Source: Octopus vulgaris
Taxonomy: Eukaryota
Length of the DNA: 64,000 bases
Direction of reading: 5' to 3'
Assembly (NCBI GenBank): GCA_951406725.2
Contig: OX597836.1
Coordinates: 26,722,001 to 26,786,000, forward strand
Shown: one piece after another, positions 13,181 through 27,599 of the stretch
Layout: every line of letters begins with the position of its first letter
Numbering within the stretch: position 1 is the first letter of the stretch
Made by a program: the position numbers and the translations under genes
The notes under the pieces: generated by a model
Database searches by the model: none
What the model was told of the DNA's origin: nothing
Seen by the model: only the letters and a program-made list of their open reading frames with translations

Positions 13181-13917
13181 AGAGTTATTCATATCATATG
13201 AAATTCGAATAACCTATGTCAATGGATAAAAGAGAACTTGTGTATGCATCAACAAGCACCCAAAAACACACACATATATACATCTATACTCGTTACATAT
13301 TTATATGTAATTATATTTACAAATGAGCATGTGCGTATGTATCAATATATGTATGCACATATCTATTCCTGATGTGCACCAATATTATCTAAGGGAAAGG
13401 CAAAGGGTGATACAGCTTGGCACCAGTAATGCCGCAACTCATTTCTTGTGTCTTGCTCAAGAGCAACACACAACCCAGACCAGGAATTGAACTCATTACC
13501 TCATGATTGTGAGCCTGATGCTCTAACCACCAAGCCATACACCTTCACACTGAAATATGTACATAGATGTGAGGTGATGCTGAATCTTGTTTGTCAATGC
13601 AGATTTAGTAATTTGATCAACTCAATTCACTGGTCCTGAACAAACAAGTGGTTGAGTACTCCAGATATGTGACCCTAAAGTAATTTTCAGGCAGAATCAG
13701 CACAACACAGGGGTTAACAAAGCTGTATCTTCTGGATTACAAGTATTCTCCATACATGAGCTTCTATACAGTTTCCATCTGCAGTATCTCATCGCAAATC
13801 ATGATTTGACCTGAGGATGCAGAAGACAACACTTACACAAAGTGACACGTGAAAATAGCTGTAAACCTTGTGTAAATAGACAAACACACAAGCATGTACA
13901 CACGTACACAATATACA

Positions 13918-15058
13918 TCTCTATATATATAAAATTCTTTGTCGGTTCCCTATGCATTCTCAAACAGCTCCATCAAATCAAATTTTACAATTGTATTACA
14001 TCCCACGAGTGTCAACATGTAATTTTTATTTCCATTTGGGTTAAGCAATATAACATTTACTCAAAAATAATGTTTCTATAGTCAACTGTAATACAGGACC
14101 TTTTATGCCACCACCACAACACGTTTTCAAAATGAGTGTATGTGTTGCGCATTCATTACCTACGATATAGTAAAGGACATTTTATACCACTACCACAACA
14201 CTTTGTATATAAATGTGAGTGTGCATGTGTTTGCACATTCATTACATAAGTGTTTGTGAGAGTGTATGTGTGTGTGTCAGAGTATGTGTGATTGTCAATT
14301 ACACTGATGTAAACTGGCTGTGTGAAAGAGCTATACTGGTTCCAACTAATGAAATGGTTGATAAAGTCAATCATGAACTTCTTCAAAAGTTAACAGATAC
14401 ATCAAAAATGACTTTTCGATCAAGATCAGGCTGATCAATACCCTATTGAATTTCTGAACACACTTAAACCCACTGGGATGCCACTGCATAACTTGACACT
14501 AAAGCTGGATGCTCCCATTTTGTTGCTTATGAATCTTGACCGACCTTGCCTGTGTAATGGAACTCACTTCATTGTTACTTCCATAAAGGCCCATGTCCTC
14601 CAGGCAACAATCATAACAGGTAGTCACAAAGGAGAAAATGTCTTCATTCTAAAAATTTTTTTCATACCTACAGATGTTCCATTTGAATTTCAGAGGTTTC
14701 AGTTTCCAGTCAAACTAAGTTTTTGTATTTCAATTAACAAATCTCAGGATCAATCCCTCAAGGTAGTACATGCTTCTCCCACCATTAACACATGTTGGTT
14801 GCTCACAAGTTGGAAGCAGCAACAATTTATTTGTTTGGACACCAAGAAAAAAATTACACAATATTGTTTACTCTGAAGTGCTTCAAGATTAACAGATTTT
14901 CAGTTCAAAATTCTATTACCATTACAATTTGGATATTTTAAAATAAAATATAGATATTTTGAAATAATTACGAGAGAGAAAAAATATCTTCATATTCGTT
15001 ATTTACTAATCTGAATAAGAACAGCAGTGATCTGGGCAACTCTGAGTAATTCAGCTAG
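13918..15058 (+). mobile_element. Non-autonomous Helitron
   Basis: A|TC 5' end, CTAG|T 3' end preceded by a decayed hairpin (ATCTGGGCAACTCTGAGT), internal PIF1 helicase fragment. Confidence 0.8.
14300..14880 (+). pseudogene. PIF1-family helicase C-terminal fragment of Helitron RepHel (frameshifted)
   Basis: WLCERAILVPTNE, YPIEFLNTLKPTGMPLHNLTLK, NLD..LCNGT, RFQFPVKLSFCISINKSQ. Confidence 0.88.
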
Positions 15059-16199
15059 TTTTATATATATAATACGCACACACAAGTGCGTTATCATTTA
15101 CAACTATTTTCTATGCTGACAGTGTGTGTATGTATATATATGTTCCCGTAACTTAGCAGTTCGGCAAAAGAGAACCAATAGAAATAAGTACTAGGCTTAC
15201 AAAGAATAAGTCCTAGGGTCGATTTGTTTAACTAAAAGCGGTACTCCAGCATGGCCACAGTCAACTGACAAGAAAATATAATATACACACACGCACACAT
15301 ATTTATATACATAGGTATACATGTACACAGGTATGTATACAGCACAGGCATAGCTCTGCATTTAAGTGGTTTCATGTCTTATCCCAGGTGACACCTTTGG
15401 CAAATGTAAAGAGCCCCCTTAACTGAGAGCTAGATCCAAGGTTTGGTGATCACTTTCTTCAGGATGTCAAATGATGAAAATATGATGAGAGAAGCAGGAA
15501 CAAGTTTAATGTTGTGATGGATATTCATGATTACCTTGCATTTTACATGGATGGGTATGGCTGGAGTGATGCCAGAAGGAGAAGTGGTGACAAAGTGCTA
15601 GAACTTTCTCTTAGAATAATCGCATGTCTAACTGAATAGAAGAAAATTTGGAGATGGAAGAATCAGCAATGGTGCTTAAGATTACAGGTGCACAGGAGGG
15701 GAATAAGGAATGACTAGAAACACAAGGTGAAAGTTTTGAATGTAGTAAAACAGGTGTGGACAAGAGCAAATATGGGTGGAGGACCAAATGTAAGAATTAT
15801 GACTGAATAGATAGATGTCAATTGGGTGTAGTTCAGAAAGCAAGGAGTGGTGACTGGCAGTAGAGAAATTATGACATGGCTGAGTAGTAACAGGTTATGC
15901 TTTTGTTACTTACAGCAATAGCAGAATACATATGCAGATAGGAGAGTAATATAGGGAGGGGCAGTAGAGATGAGAGGGTAGGGTCAAATGGTGCAAAGGT
16001 TTTGAGGGAAGAGTGAGAGTTATATCAAAGGTAGGGTGGTCTATGGCAAATATGAGTGAGAGGTTGATGGCAGAAAGAATAAGGAATGGATATCAAAAGG
16101 AAGTAACTCAAGGGAAGGATCTTGCTAGCAATATGAGGGCAGAGTATGGGCCAAGTTGTAGCATACATAGTGCGCATAGCTAGACGACTTCTTGAGTAC

Positions 16200-17125
16200 T
16201 GTGTATCACCACTCAAAGTCCTAAGATCTGCCTTCACTACTTCAACCCATGTCTTCCTGGGTCTCCTTCTTCAACAAGTTCTATCCACATTAAGTGACTG
16301 GCACTCTTTTATCCACATCTATAGCCAGTCTTTACATCCAGCATAGCATGCTTCATTTCTTCCTAGTCTTTGTAGGTCTCCTGTATTCAGAATCTCACAA
16401 CCATGTAAGCATTGCAGTTAGTACACAAGCATCATACAGTTCCCTCTTTCTACAGCCTGTTCTTACTCTGGCTACTATACTTTCAGAACATTTTCCACTA
16501 CTAATTAGATTACCTAGGTAACAGAAGCTGTCTGTCACCAAGGTGACCTAATTAGTGGAATCCTCCTAGGCAATTGAAAGCACATATTTCTAGTGTACTC
16601 CAAGGGTTTATTGCACCTGTGCATCTGCTACCTTCTGTGTTCATAGTTTGCTCTGGATAAACCATATGGAATTTCTACAACCCACACCAGCATAAAACAG
16701 ATGTTAAATGAGTATTTTTCCATATATTGAGCAAGGTCATTTCTCTGATGGTAGCAGGATCCTGTCTCTTTTCCTTGCTAACTTTGATGCCCTTTGATTC
16801 CAGGTTTTGCTTCTGTTCCTGAAATCTCTTTAATTCTACTACTGATTCTGCTAGAACAAGGTCATCAGCTTGGAGTTCCCAAGGGTATGCAGTCCTAAAC
16901 TACCATTATGAACTGAAGGACTGGAAATAGAAGAGAACTGAACAATGACCCTTGATAAACACCAATCTGCACACTAAATTCACTGCTATCTTCATTGGTA
17001 ACTAGCTTTGCTGGCAACATCCCTATACATTGCAGGTACAGCTCTCACAAGCTATTTGTCTACAAATAGATTATTCAGAAACTACCAGATCACCAGATGG
17101 GTTACTCTTATCAATGGATTTTTCC
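16200..17125 (-). mobile_element. Decayed RTE LINE reverse-transcriptase region
   Basis: Minus strand ..YQGSLFS..F and PWELQADDLVL (YADD-like). Confidence 0.7.
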
Positions 17126-18019
17126 GTGGCTGTGTGGTAAGAAGCTTGCTTACACTTTGGAAGACTGCTGGAATGAGTTAAGAATGAATAGACACAGCAT
17201 TGTTTTAATTCCAGCTGTTTTGCATAATGTATATGAGTATATATGTGCATATATATATATATGTGTATAAAACATATATCTTTGTTTTATCTTTATATAT
17301 GCATGTGTGCATGCACACACGTCCTAGATGCTTTTGTGCTACAGGAGTCAGACTAAGAGGCCAGCTATAATAATTGTCGGTCCTCAAAGGATTCCTATAA
17401 AAAGGTCATAGCTTTACTGGAAGCTAATTATGGTAGCTGCACAAATAGGGAGTCCATCTAGTGATTAGAAACAGCACTACAGTAACACCTTCACATTTCC
17501 TCATTTATTGACCAGATCAACTTGCAGCTAGACTTCGGTCAAAATAGTTTTGAATATTTTGTTCTATTAGGCTGGTTTCTCCATAGCAATTCCATTTAGT
17601 AAACCCTCCCAACAATCTAAAGAGGAAGAACAGTGGCCATATTAATTTCATCCTTTCCAGAAATGGAGTAGTGGGGTCAATTGAACTTGAAAAATACTAG
17701 TGAGAAGAGATGCAGTTCAAAGTAGGATGTTTAGGAAACCAATTGCATTAAGGGGTCACAGGAGCAATAGAGATGAGCTAGGCTTTATTGATATCAATCA
17801 CCTATCCCTAGTCAATAGATATTACATGGATATAACAAATCCAGCAGCTAACATCAATTACTTACAATAAGAACTTTAATTATAGAGTGAAATTATAGAC
17901 TTTACACAAGCTCTATCCTTCTTATATAAAGTCTACTACAAGCCTCGGAAGTGTTTAACCCTTAAGCTTTCAAATTACTGTCAAAACGCTTAACGCTTAC
18001 TTATTCAGTTTTGAATTAA

Positions 18020-19096
18020 CCCTTTCATTACCAAACCGCCCGAAAAAATTTTGGTTAATGTGACCAAACCGCCCAAACCCGTCCGAATTTACCTATTCAT
18101 ATTTAAATGAGAATATCAGAGCAAATCTCTTTAGTACATTCGTGAAAACACGTATTATACTTCGTAAACAGTTCATCTACAGTTTTGTACAAAGATCGAC
18201 GTGTAATTTTAATTCCCTGAATTTTGGGAGATTTTTTTCCACATTTTTTTCGGCATCGATTTTTCTTCAACTTTGAAAATGGATAGGAGTTTCATGTTAT
18301 CAAGCATTGATTCCGAATTGGAAAATTTGTGAAACAAATACTGGGTACTGTTGTGGATTTATTTTTTATACAGGGAAACTAATGTTAGTCAGCATGGCTT
18401 AGGGTATGATGTGGTCTGGAAGTTATTGTTTGAAGCGATCAATGCGGAAACAAACTTACGCAGATTGTAAACAAACACAAAATGGGGGTTCAAATTTCGA
18501 AAAATTTGTGAAGCAAATACTGGGTACTGTGTGGATTTAGTTTTTATTCAGGGAAAATAATGTTAGTCAGCATGGCCTAAGGAACGATGTGGTCTGGAAT
18601 TTATCACTTCCATACCATAACCAGGGCCGTATATTATTTTTTGACCGATTTCTTAAGTTCGGTCAAACTTACGGCTTTATGGTACACCTGTTGTGCATTA
18701 AATTCAACTGATGATATAGTGATGTGCACAATTCTTCTTTATCAAAATTTTGTTGCATACCCACTTGAATATTAGCTGATGATTCATTTTCTATGGTGAT
18801 GTTTAAACAAAATTTTAATATTTTTACCTTTTGCTCAATTCAAAATTTTAATATTTTTACCTTTTGCTCAATTTACCTGGATTTACCTGTAATTAAAGTC
18901 ACTTTGAGACAAAAGTTATGCAATAGAATTGATTAAGAACCCTTTCTTTAATTATGTTCCAAATATCACATTAATATGTTGATAAGTAAAAAAGTTACAG
19001 TTATTTAATGAAACAAGCCTAGATTCATGATTATTTTAGAATTTAATTGAAACTCATGAGGGGTGTATTTTGGTCAGAAATATAGTAACGAAAGGG
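18020..19096. mobile_element. ~1.1-kb non-autonomous piggyBac-type element inserted at a TTAA inside a second MITE (~17959-19256)
   Basis: TTAA|CCCTTTCATTAC ... GTAACGAAAGGG|TTAA; internal ~100-bp duplication (18320-18420 / 18500-18600) and a 32-bp tandem at ~18810-18872. Confidence 0.85.
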
Positions 19097-19399
19097 TTAA
19101 TCACGCATTATCTCAGAGCTTTGAAATTTTGATGATGTGTCAGTTTTTCAAATGACATTGTGGTGGAGTTGTGAGAAGCCAGATCTGGCTGGTTTGACTA
19201 TAAAACAGGTTGAATATTTTGGCTGGATATGGCCAGTTTAAATGCAACAGAATTAATACCAAACTCCAGGAACTAACCTTCAAAATAGCATCCTCATTTT
19301 ACAGCTTCTAATGCTGGAATGGTTTGGGCAGGTTTTTCTGTGCATGCTTTTGTTTCCTTTCCTGCTATGATATCTAACCTTTAGACCTATCAATTACAG

Positions 19400-19950
19400 A
19401 TTTTGCTTCCATTATTGGAATTCTTCTAATTTTTTTTAACCAATTTATCTGAGAATTAATTTATCAGTCTACAACAATTCCTACAAAAAGTCAGTCTTCA
19501 ATCTCTTTTATTGCCTCCAGAACTATATCAAACAAGATCTAAGTCCCAATGGACACCTAACAACAATACCAAAAACCAAATTTTACACCGAACTCAATAC
19601 TAACTCTTGACTAAATACCATTGCCACTCCTGTACATGGTTTGCACCACTCACACGTTATTCCTATAACACGTATACACACGAGTCCTCAATCGCTGTCA
19701 AAAAGCTTTCTCAAAGCCAACAAATGTTAGACATAATAGTTTGTTTATAGTTGCCTCACTAAGTAGAGGATATCAGTTATTCTGATCTTGACTCAAACCC
19801 AAACTACATTTCTTAGCAAGTTCTCTCCCTCCCTTGTTACCTTTAATCTAACTGCCACTTTTATGATCTGATTCTGTCAGGTTAATACTGCTGTTCTTAT
19901 TTTAGTATTGAGTACTTTTCTCTTTTATGTCACTTACCAGTAATAACACT
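19400..19950 (-). mobile_element. Highly decayed LINE RT fragment
   Basis: Minus strand FGFE..DILYLVRQL and FEKAF/DS motifs. Confidence 0.5.
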
Positions 19951-20347
19951 TTCCAGCATTACACAAGGAACCAGTTTATCCCATTTCACCTGACATATTC
20001 CCCATCTTAACAGCTAACACTACAAAGCCCATTATTTTCCCCTAATAGTCATTTTAACTATAACCGATCAGTAACTAATTAGTATTGTTTCTGTCTCTTC
20101 TCAAGTACGTTACTAATAGTATTGACAAATGACTGGCCGCTGCCAGCCTCCCCTGGCACCTGTGCCAGTGGCACGTAAAAAGCACCCACTACACTCACAG
20201 AGTAGTTGGTGTTAGGAAGGACATCCAGCTGTAGAAACACTGCCAGATCCTAGCATCCCAGACTGTGGTCGAACCGTCCAACCCATGCTAGCACGGAAAA
20301 CGGACATTAAACGATGATGATGATATATATATAAAACCTACACTCAC

Positions 20348-20441
20348 TCAAACTTCTTTAGCTTCTTTGTTCAGATGTTCAGGTTAACTATTATAATCAA
20401 CAAATCTGAAGCAGGTACAAGATCAGTGTTACATCAAGAGA
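20348..20441 (-). other. Candidate non-coding exon of the minus-strand transcript
   Basis: tttctgttgcag|TCTCTT...GTTTGA|gtgagt; 94 nt with stops in all three frames. Confidence 0.35.
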
Positions 20442-21346
20442 CTGCAACAGAAACTCTCCATTACCAGAATTTATTTTTAAACAACATGGTTTCAAATCTA
20501 CAATTCCCCCCACCTCCACCCAGGACTGAATATTTTCCCCAATAATTTTGAAATTCCAGTCAAATATTTTTCTGTGGTAATGTACATTCTATAACAGTGT
20601 CAGATAAGTGATATGGTCTGCACATATCTGTCACCAAGTATTCCATCCAGACACAAACAAAAAGAACATGCTAAATAAAATATAAGGAAAAATCATTGCC
20701 AATACCATAATGAAAAGATTGAGCCATATCTAAATAGTTTAAAATTTTTGTCTACAAAAAAATTATTTTAAAACATCAGCTACTAAAATCTCTAGCTCTC
20801 ACTAAACATTTTTTTCCATTTCACTTCAATTGTAGAGTTTATAAAAAAAATTTTAAAAAGTAATGCATATTAGCTGTTGCGAGTATAACTAACAACAAAT
20901 CATTGTCTTAATGTCCACTTTTCCATGCTTGCATGGAATTTTGAGGCATATTTTCTATGATTGGATGCCCTTCCTGTCACCAACCACACCACCTGTTTCC
21001 AAGCAGTTAAATATCTCAACTCCACCCTGGCAAAACAGGTTTTCATAAAAGACTGAAAACAAGACACATGTTAACAACTTTCATGTGCAGTGTCAAGGCA
21101 ACACTAACACACACACATACAAGCTTCTTTCAGTTTCACTCTACCAAATCCACTCATACGGCTTTGGTTGGCCTGGAGATAGAGTAGACACTCCCCAAGT
21201 GCCACACAGAACTATGTGGTTGGGAAGCAAACTTCTTACCACATAGCCACACCTGCATCTATAAAATTAGATGTTTAAAATACATATTGTAAATTTTGAG
21301 TAGACTGAGACGTCAGGTTTCACCTACTGGCTAATTCCACCTAAAG

Positions 21347-21560
21347 CAGGGGTTTCGAACCAGTGGTTCCCGATCCCCTGGGGAGGGGTCCACAACGCCT
21401 TAGCAGGAAGGTTGCATAGCCTTACTAGAAGTGGCTTGGGATAATAATTTTTCAACTCATCAATTACATTTTTTATGCTCTGATGAAAGTAGGGGGGGGT
21501 CGCATGGGTTTCAAGCTTTTGGGTAAGGGGCTGTAAGTGCAAAAACATTGGGAACCACTT
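21347..21560. mobile_element. hAT (Charlie-like) MITE
   Basis: CAGGGGTTTC / CAGTGGTTCCC ... TGGGAACCACT ends; flanking direct repeat (C)ACCTAAAG. Confidence 0.8.
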
Positions 21561-23659
21561 CACCTAAAGGTTGAATAGGTCAGTGGATGAAATGAAGTTT
21601 TGGTCAGCTTAAAATTTACAATGTGACTCAAATCTCAAGATTCAGTCACCTCCATCAACGTTCAGTTATTTTTAAACTAGTTTTCCACAAATTTTATCGT
21701 GAAAAAACCTACACATCATAGAATATGGAAGATTAGCTTGAGACTCTAAAAGATAAATTATTTTGAAGACTAATCACAGAAGGTTCAGGTTGTTAGTACA
21801 TAAACGAAGACTGGCCAGAATTTTGTTCTGGAACTAATTAGTGAGTATATTAGAGAATTTACTAAAAATAGCAGGTAAGTTATTTAGATATAAGTAAGCA
21901 AAAGGTGAAAATAAAAATACAGATTTCATGAAATAGCTTAACGGAGTCGTTTTCATTTCCTTTGTTTATTTCACAAGACAAGAGTTTTGGCAGTTCGTGT
22001 CTTTTTAAGACCCACAAATTCTACAGAGGAAGGATATCGGTGCCATCCATCTATTGAATGTGGAACATATGCTCGAGAGAAACAACAGATTGTGCAAGCA
22101 ATTTAAGGAAGGAAGTGAAAAGAAAAAACATTCTAGTAGTATGGAATGGAAATGGTATAATAATAGATGGTGAGAAATAGTTCAAGCAAGCAAGGTGATG
22201 GAGAAATTCAAAACTGGATACTTTATAGAAAATTCAAACCCATCCCATAAATTTCATTAAAGACTTGATTTTTTTTTTTTTTTTTTTAAATACTGAAATC
22301 TGCAATGAAGCTCCCAAGTTCAAACTAACAGGTACACCAGTAATGTTCCTAACCGTTCACAACTGTCACTATGTGTGTGTGTGTGGTTGATTGCTATCCA
22401 ATCAATTTGTATGAACCCAAAACGGAAAAACTTATATCAACTTGTGAAACAATGATTATACGTGACAAAAAATCCGGTTTTTTTTTTTTTTTAATGCTAT
22501 AATTTCCAATTGCAATTGTTTTTGCTCGTTTTGGAAACGAAAATGTGCAAGTCATTTTAAATTTGTTACAATCACAATACATTGTATAATGGAGTCCAGA
22601 GTACTTAGTACTTCACTTGCCCGTCATAATTGGTTCTTCGAGAGGAAATAAAACTATTTTGCTGTTACATAGCAAAATAATAACAACAACAATATTGTTG
22701 CAGAATAGAAAGAACCAATAATAATAGGTAAAGCTGACATTAGAAACTAAATCCCAACGACAGATAAGGTAGATCAATAAGAATATTAATTTCACCGCAT
22801 TGTTTTTCCCTCCATCACAATCACAGAGAGAGAGAGAAAGCTTAATAAAAAGCCACAACACAAACACACAAATTTACTAAATTTTCATACAATAATAATT
22901 GATCAAATGACTGAGATATTATGTAATGGCTTCTTGCCTTCGTGGAAAACTAAAGCAGAAAAAAAAAGGGGGGTGACAAAACATGCACACATTTCCTGAG
23001 GACTTCACAAGATTTCCTTCAAAGCTAAGAACCACTACCACCTGACTGACTGGTTTATATTTCAAGCAATATTGTCGAACAGACAGAATTGGCTACTTCC
23101 GACCCCCGTTAGCTTGTGGAACACTGATAAACAACGACACTGACCAAAGACAACCTTTTAAGGACTGGGGGAGGGGGTATTTAAATTTTTTTTCCTTTTA
23201 AAAACAATGGCCAGAAAATAAAAGAAAACCTACTTAAAATTTCCGTTAAAGAATATTTGATTACATCAGACGAATATTTAAACACTTATTTCTAGTAGAA
23301 GCACAAGACCAGAAATTTCTGGTGGGAGGGAGGCGGTTAGTGGATTACGTCGAATCCCCAATGTTCAACTGGTACTTTACGGTGATCCTTGGCAGCATAC
23401 AATAATAATCTAAATTATTTCTATTAACATTAATTCAATAAATGGTCCCCTCCTGTTACATAGCAGTCATCCGCACCAAACAAACAGTTCCTAGCTATAC
23501 AGTACTTCCAGAAACTTGGATTTACTTGGGGGGAAAAAAACTTATATAAAACTCTAGAGTTAAATTTAAAATCCGACATTACTGACCTATCAAGGATATA
23601 TTTAAATGAATAATAATAATAATTAGTCTGGTTTAACCAGTACTGATTACATAAAACTA

Positions 23660-23705
<46 letters not shown>

Positions 23706-23865
23706 CCTTGTCCGACATATGTGATGAGGTTTACAAGTATAAACATCTAGCAGTAATATATATTTATGGCTTGTCTTATAAAGAATCTCAACGACCACAA
23801 AAATATTTTTCTAAAATGCTAATTCAGTCACACACACAACAGGGAAGACGGGCGTAAAATGGTTT

Positions 23866-23899
<34 letters not shown>

Positions 23900-24101
23900 A
23901 ACACACACACACAATATTCTGTTCTTCAAATATATAGAAATATCACTTGGAAATACGACAATGTGTTTATGAAGCATCCGTTTGAATGTCGGTACGCACG
24001 TACTTGGTTGGAATTTAGCTGTTGTCCAAAGACAATCCAGAAACCTAGCAACATATAACTATCTCTGAATGATATAGGCATTATTTGCTTATTAATATTG
24101 T

Positions 24102-24540
24102 AAGGCGTCGAACGGGCAAAATCGTTAAGCACGCCGAAGAAAGTGCTTAGCGGCATTTCTTCCGGCTCTTGACGTTCTGGGTTTAAATTTCGCCGAGGGT
24201 GATTTTTGCCTGTTCACATCCTTTCGGGGTCGATAAAAATAAGTACCAGATGAGCATTGCGGTCGACGTAATTGACTAGCCCCTCCCCTCAAAATTTCAG
24301 GCCTTGATAGAAAAAGGATCATTATTACTAAGGCGGCGGGCTGGCAAAATCGTTTACAGTGCCGGACAAAATGTTTAGCGGTATTTCCTCCGGCTCCTCA
24401 CGTTCAGAGTTAAGATTTCCGCCGAGGTCAACTTCTGCTTTTCGGGGTCGATAAAATAAGTACCAGTTGAGCATTGCGGTCGACGTAATCGACCTCCCCA
24501 TCCCCTCAGATTTGCTGGCTTCGTGCCAAAGTGAGAAAAA
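24102..24540 (+). mobile_element. Two tandem SINE family B copies
   Basis: GGCGGCGGGCTGGCA head, GAGTT.A.ATT.CCGCCGAGG B-box region, CTTTCGGGGTCGATAAAATAAGTACCAG core; CpGs retained. Confidence 0.85.
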
Positions 24541-25501
24541 AAAATTATTATAATGACAATGAATAATGCAGAAATGATAAAATACGATATTAGTGGCAAT
24601 GTAAGGGATCAAAGCTATGATGATACAAAGTCAAAGATAACCGGCCATGAGCTAAGCCCTGCCCCTGCAATGTGTGCACTTTTACCAAGTAATTTGTGCC
24701 AATAATCAGCCCTGCTATGTGTGCACTCTTACAAAATAGTGTGTAATGATAAAAGAAACGACACAAGAGGAGAAAATCAAAGCACTATTTAGCTACTACA
24801 TCTCATTACGTTGGAAGTTCAAATCCAATGTGTCTGCTTCCGGGCGGCGAGTTGGTGCAGCCTGTTGTTAGTTAAATCGACAATATTATTAAAATATTCC
24901 GCCTAACCCAACCGCATTCTTAACAGATGCACCTTGAATGGGTGTGAGCGCGCGTTGAGGGTGGCGGGTAAAAACGTCTGTTTTGGCTCATCTTTGCAAG
25001 GAAATTTCATAATCAAACAGCTGAAGATTCTAATTTTTGAGGTCTGTGTCTCTGCCATATATTATTTCTATTATCCAACTGAAAATGATTTCTAAATTTG
25101 GCACAAGGCCACACACGTATTCAGATTAAACTGTATTCACCAACAGAAACAGAAATTGCACAAACACACAAACACAGGCTGTGTGTATTAGTCACACACA
25201 GGTTTGCCAACATCATGTTACTAACTGGAAGAAGAGAACCTGTATAAAAACTAAACCAAACATTCAACTTTATGAAATGAAAACACTATTAATTACTAGT
25301 AGAGAGTAAGAGAGATGATCTTTAAAATAAAACGGAAGCAATATTTTTTAACGGATTAAACTAAAAACAAAACGTAAATCGTATGTCCAGCTCTGTTAAG
25401 GATTTACTCATTTCTTTTTCCTCTCTCCTTTATTGTATTGTATTTGTGCAGCGAAAGCTAAAAGTGTAAGAAGCGAAAATGGCGAAATTCACACACGATT
25501 G

Positions 25502-25546
<45 letters not shown>

Positions 25547-26979
25547 GAACGTGCTAGTATATAAATGTATATAAATATAAGAAAGACGCGTATTTTTCTG
25601 GTACAGACAAAAGCCAAACGATTTAAAAAGTTTGGGAAAAGGTGGGAAGCAGAAAAGGAAAAAAAAAGGTATTTTATAAAGGTAATCTATTGTAAAACAT
25701 CAATAAAACTATACTATATAAGATTTGTGTTATCACTCATACATAGGCTTTGGAAAACGAGATGGGGAGTATGTTAAAAAGCACGAGATGAGGTTTTATA
25801 TATATATGTGTGTGTGTATATATATATTATAACAGAGACTGGTTAATAAGAATGTTGATTAGAAAATATATAGCAGAAATATAAAATTGAAGTCTTATGT
25901 ATATACACTGATTCAGAGTTATGTTACCGAGGAACATGTACACATTAATTACAAATATATTTCTACACACACTATATATATATATATGTATATAAATATA
26001 TATAGTATACACACACACACACGCCGAATACATACTAGAGTTAGCAACGAAAATAAATGCACCGCATAAAATACGAAAATGTGAAGGCCATACTCTCATA
26101 TAAGATTTTCATTTAAAGTAGCTATTATTTTTTTTTTTCCTTTTTACATGAATTCTGTTTTTAGTTTATACACATTTAACACACACACACACATATATAC
26201 ATAAATATATATATATGTGTGTGTGTGTGTTAAATATGAGAGCGAGCGACACAGACACAAAGGAGAAAGAAACATGACTCTTACACATTGAAGACAGAGA
26301 GAATGAGGGGGAGAGGGAGAGAAGTGATAGACAATAAGAAAATAGAGAGGGGGATCGATATAAAGAGAGAGAGAGGAGATTTGAGAAAGGAAAAGAACGA
26401 GCTTAATGTAGATATTTCCTTTATATAAATATATAGATTTATATATGCGTATACATATATATATATATTTATATATACACACACACACTATAAAGAGGAT
26501 AAGAGGGAGAATATAAGAGAGAAAGATGGAAATATATATATATACGAACGGGAGAGATATATACTTTTCTCAATCTCATATGAAGATGTATGTGTATATA
26601 TTATATATTTGTGAATGCGTATAGTCAGAAGTATATCTATATATGCTGAATATTATCATAAAACAAGGTATTGTCTTTTAAATGAGAAAGCAGAGCGAAG
26701 ATATATAAGAGAAAATTCTAGATAAACATGGTGAAACAAAGATTTATAAAAGGGGGCATCACAGCAATTAAATAGAAGGCATAGAAATAGATAAATATAT
26801 GTATATATTGGTAGATAAATATGTATTATGAAGGTTAATGAATCAACAATGTAGGTATATATTTTATAGAGGAATAAAGCTGCAGATATTTATATACATT
26901 TAGGTAAGTTATCCTACATTACAAACCAAGTCGCAATTTGGCTCAAAAGATCTTAAGAGAAAACTGAACAGGTTTTTAC

Positions 26980-27320
26980 CTTTCACTGCCAAAGGAAAAA
27001 AGCGAAGAGGCTGAAACAGAGAAGATGTGCGTTTCCCCCGTAGTCGTCTTATTGGTAATAGGACACCATAGTGCAGCAGTGATGTTGATCGGCAGGAAGG
27101 TGAAGCAACAAAAAGACACACACTCAAGTGTTGTAAAAAACACCTCGAATTTCAGGAGCAAGCTGCCATCTTGTAAAAAAGCGTTCAACAGTACCCGGAT
27201 AAACCTCGTTCTCGTCAGGCCACTCGAGTAAAGCCGGAATCGTTCGTATAACATCGGAGCTATCCGGAATTGTTCGGCATGTTGAAGCTGAGTTGGAGGT
27301 GCAAATGGGAATGTGGAGGC
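26980..27320 (-). promoter_or_regulatory. Putative promoter/first exon of a minus-strand transcript
   Basis: CpG-rich unique sequence; YY1-like CAAGATGGCAGC (27173-27162); ETS-like CCGGAW sites near 27196, 27234 and 27264; donor AAG|GTAAAA after 26980. Confidence 0.55.
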
Positions 27321-27599
27321 GGACAAGAAAGAAAAGAGAAAAGTCTTTGCCTGCCAATTTTCTTTTCTCTCTCTCGCTTTTCTTTTTTTAGAGGTCAATG
27401 TTATTGTTGAAATCAACTTAACTTTTTTTTCTTCTCAATAGAAGTATTTTGGGTTAACTAAAGTAAAGAAAATATCGGAGCATACCTACACGACGAGTGT
27501 GCCTTTCCCCCAAAGACTTTGTTTCCTCATAACTTTCCGAAAAGTAGATATGTTTTATAGGGATTTTTTCTACAAATACCTTTTATATGGTGTAGATTA

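Noticed and set aside
14478-14876. Host PIF1 helicase gene
   Set aside because: Frameshifted, intronless fragment lying within Helitron termini
21642-21719. C/D'/C'/D-like box arrangement on minus
   Set aside because: Imperfect C box and AT-rich, implausible guide regions
26976-27416. 146-aa minus-strand ORF over the promoter
   Set aside because: Non-ATG start, no recognisable domain, overlaps motif-rich promoter/5' UTR sequence
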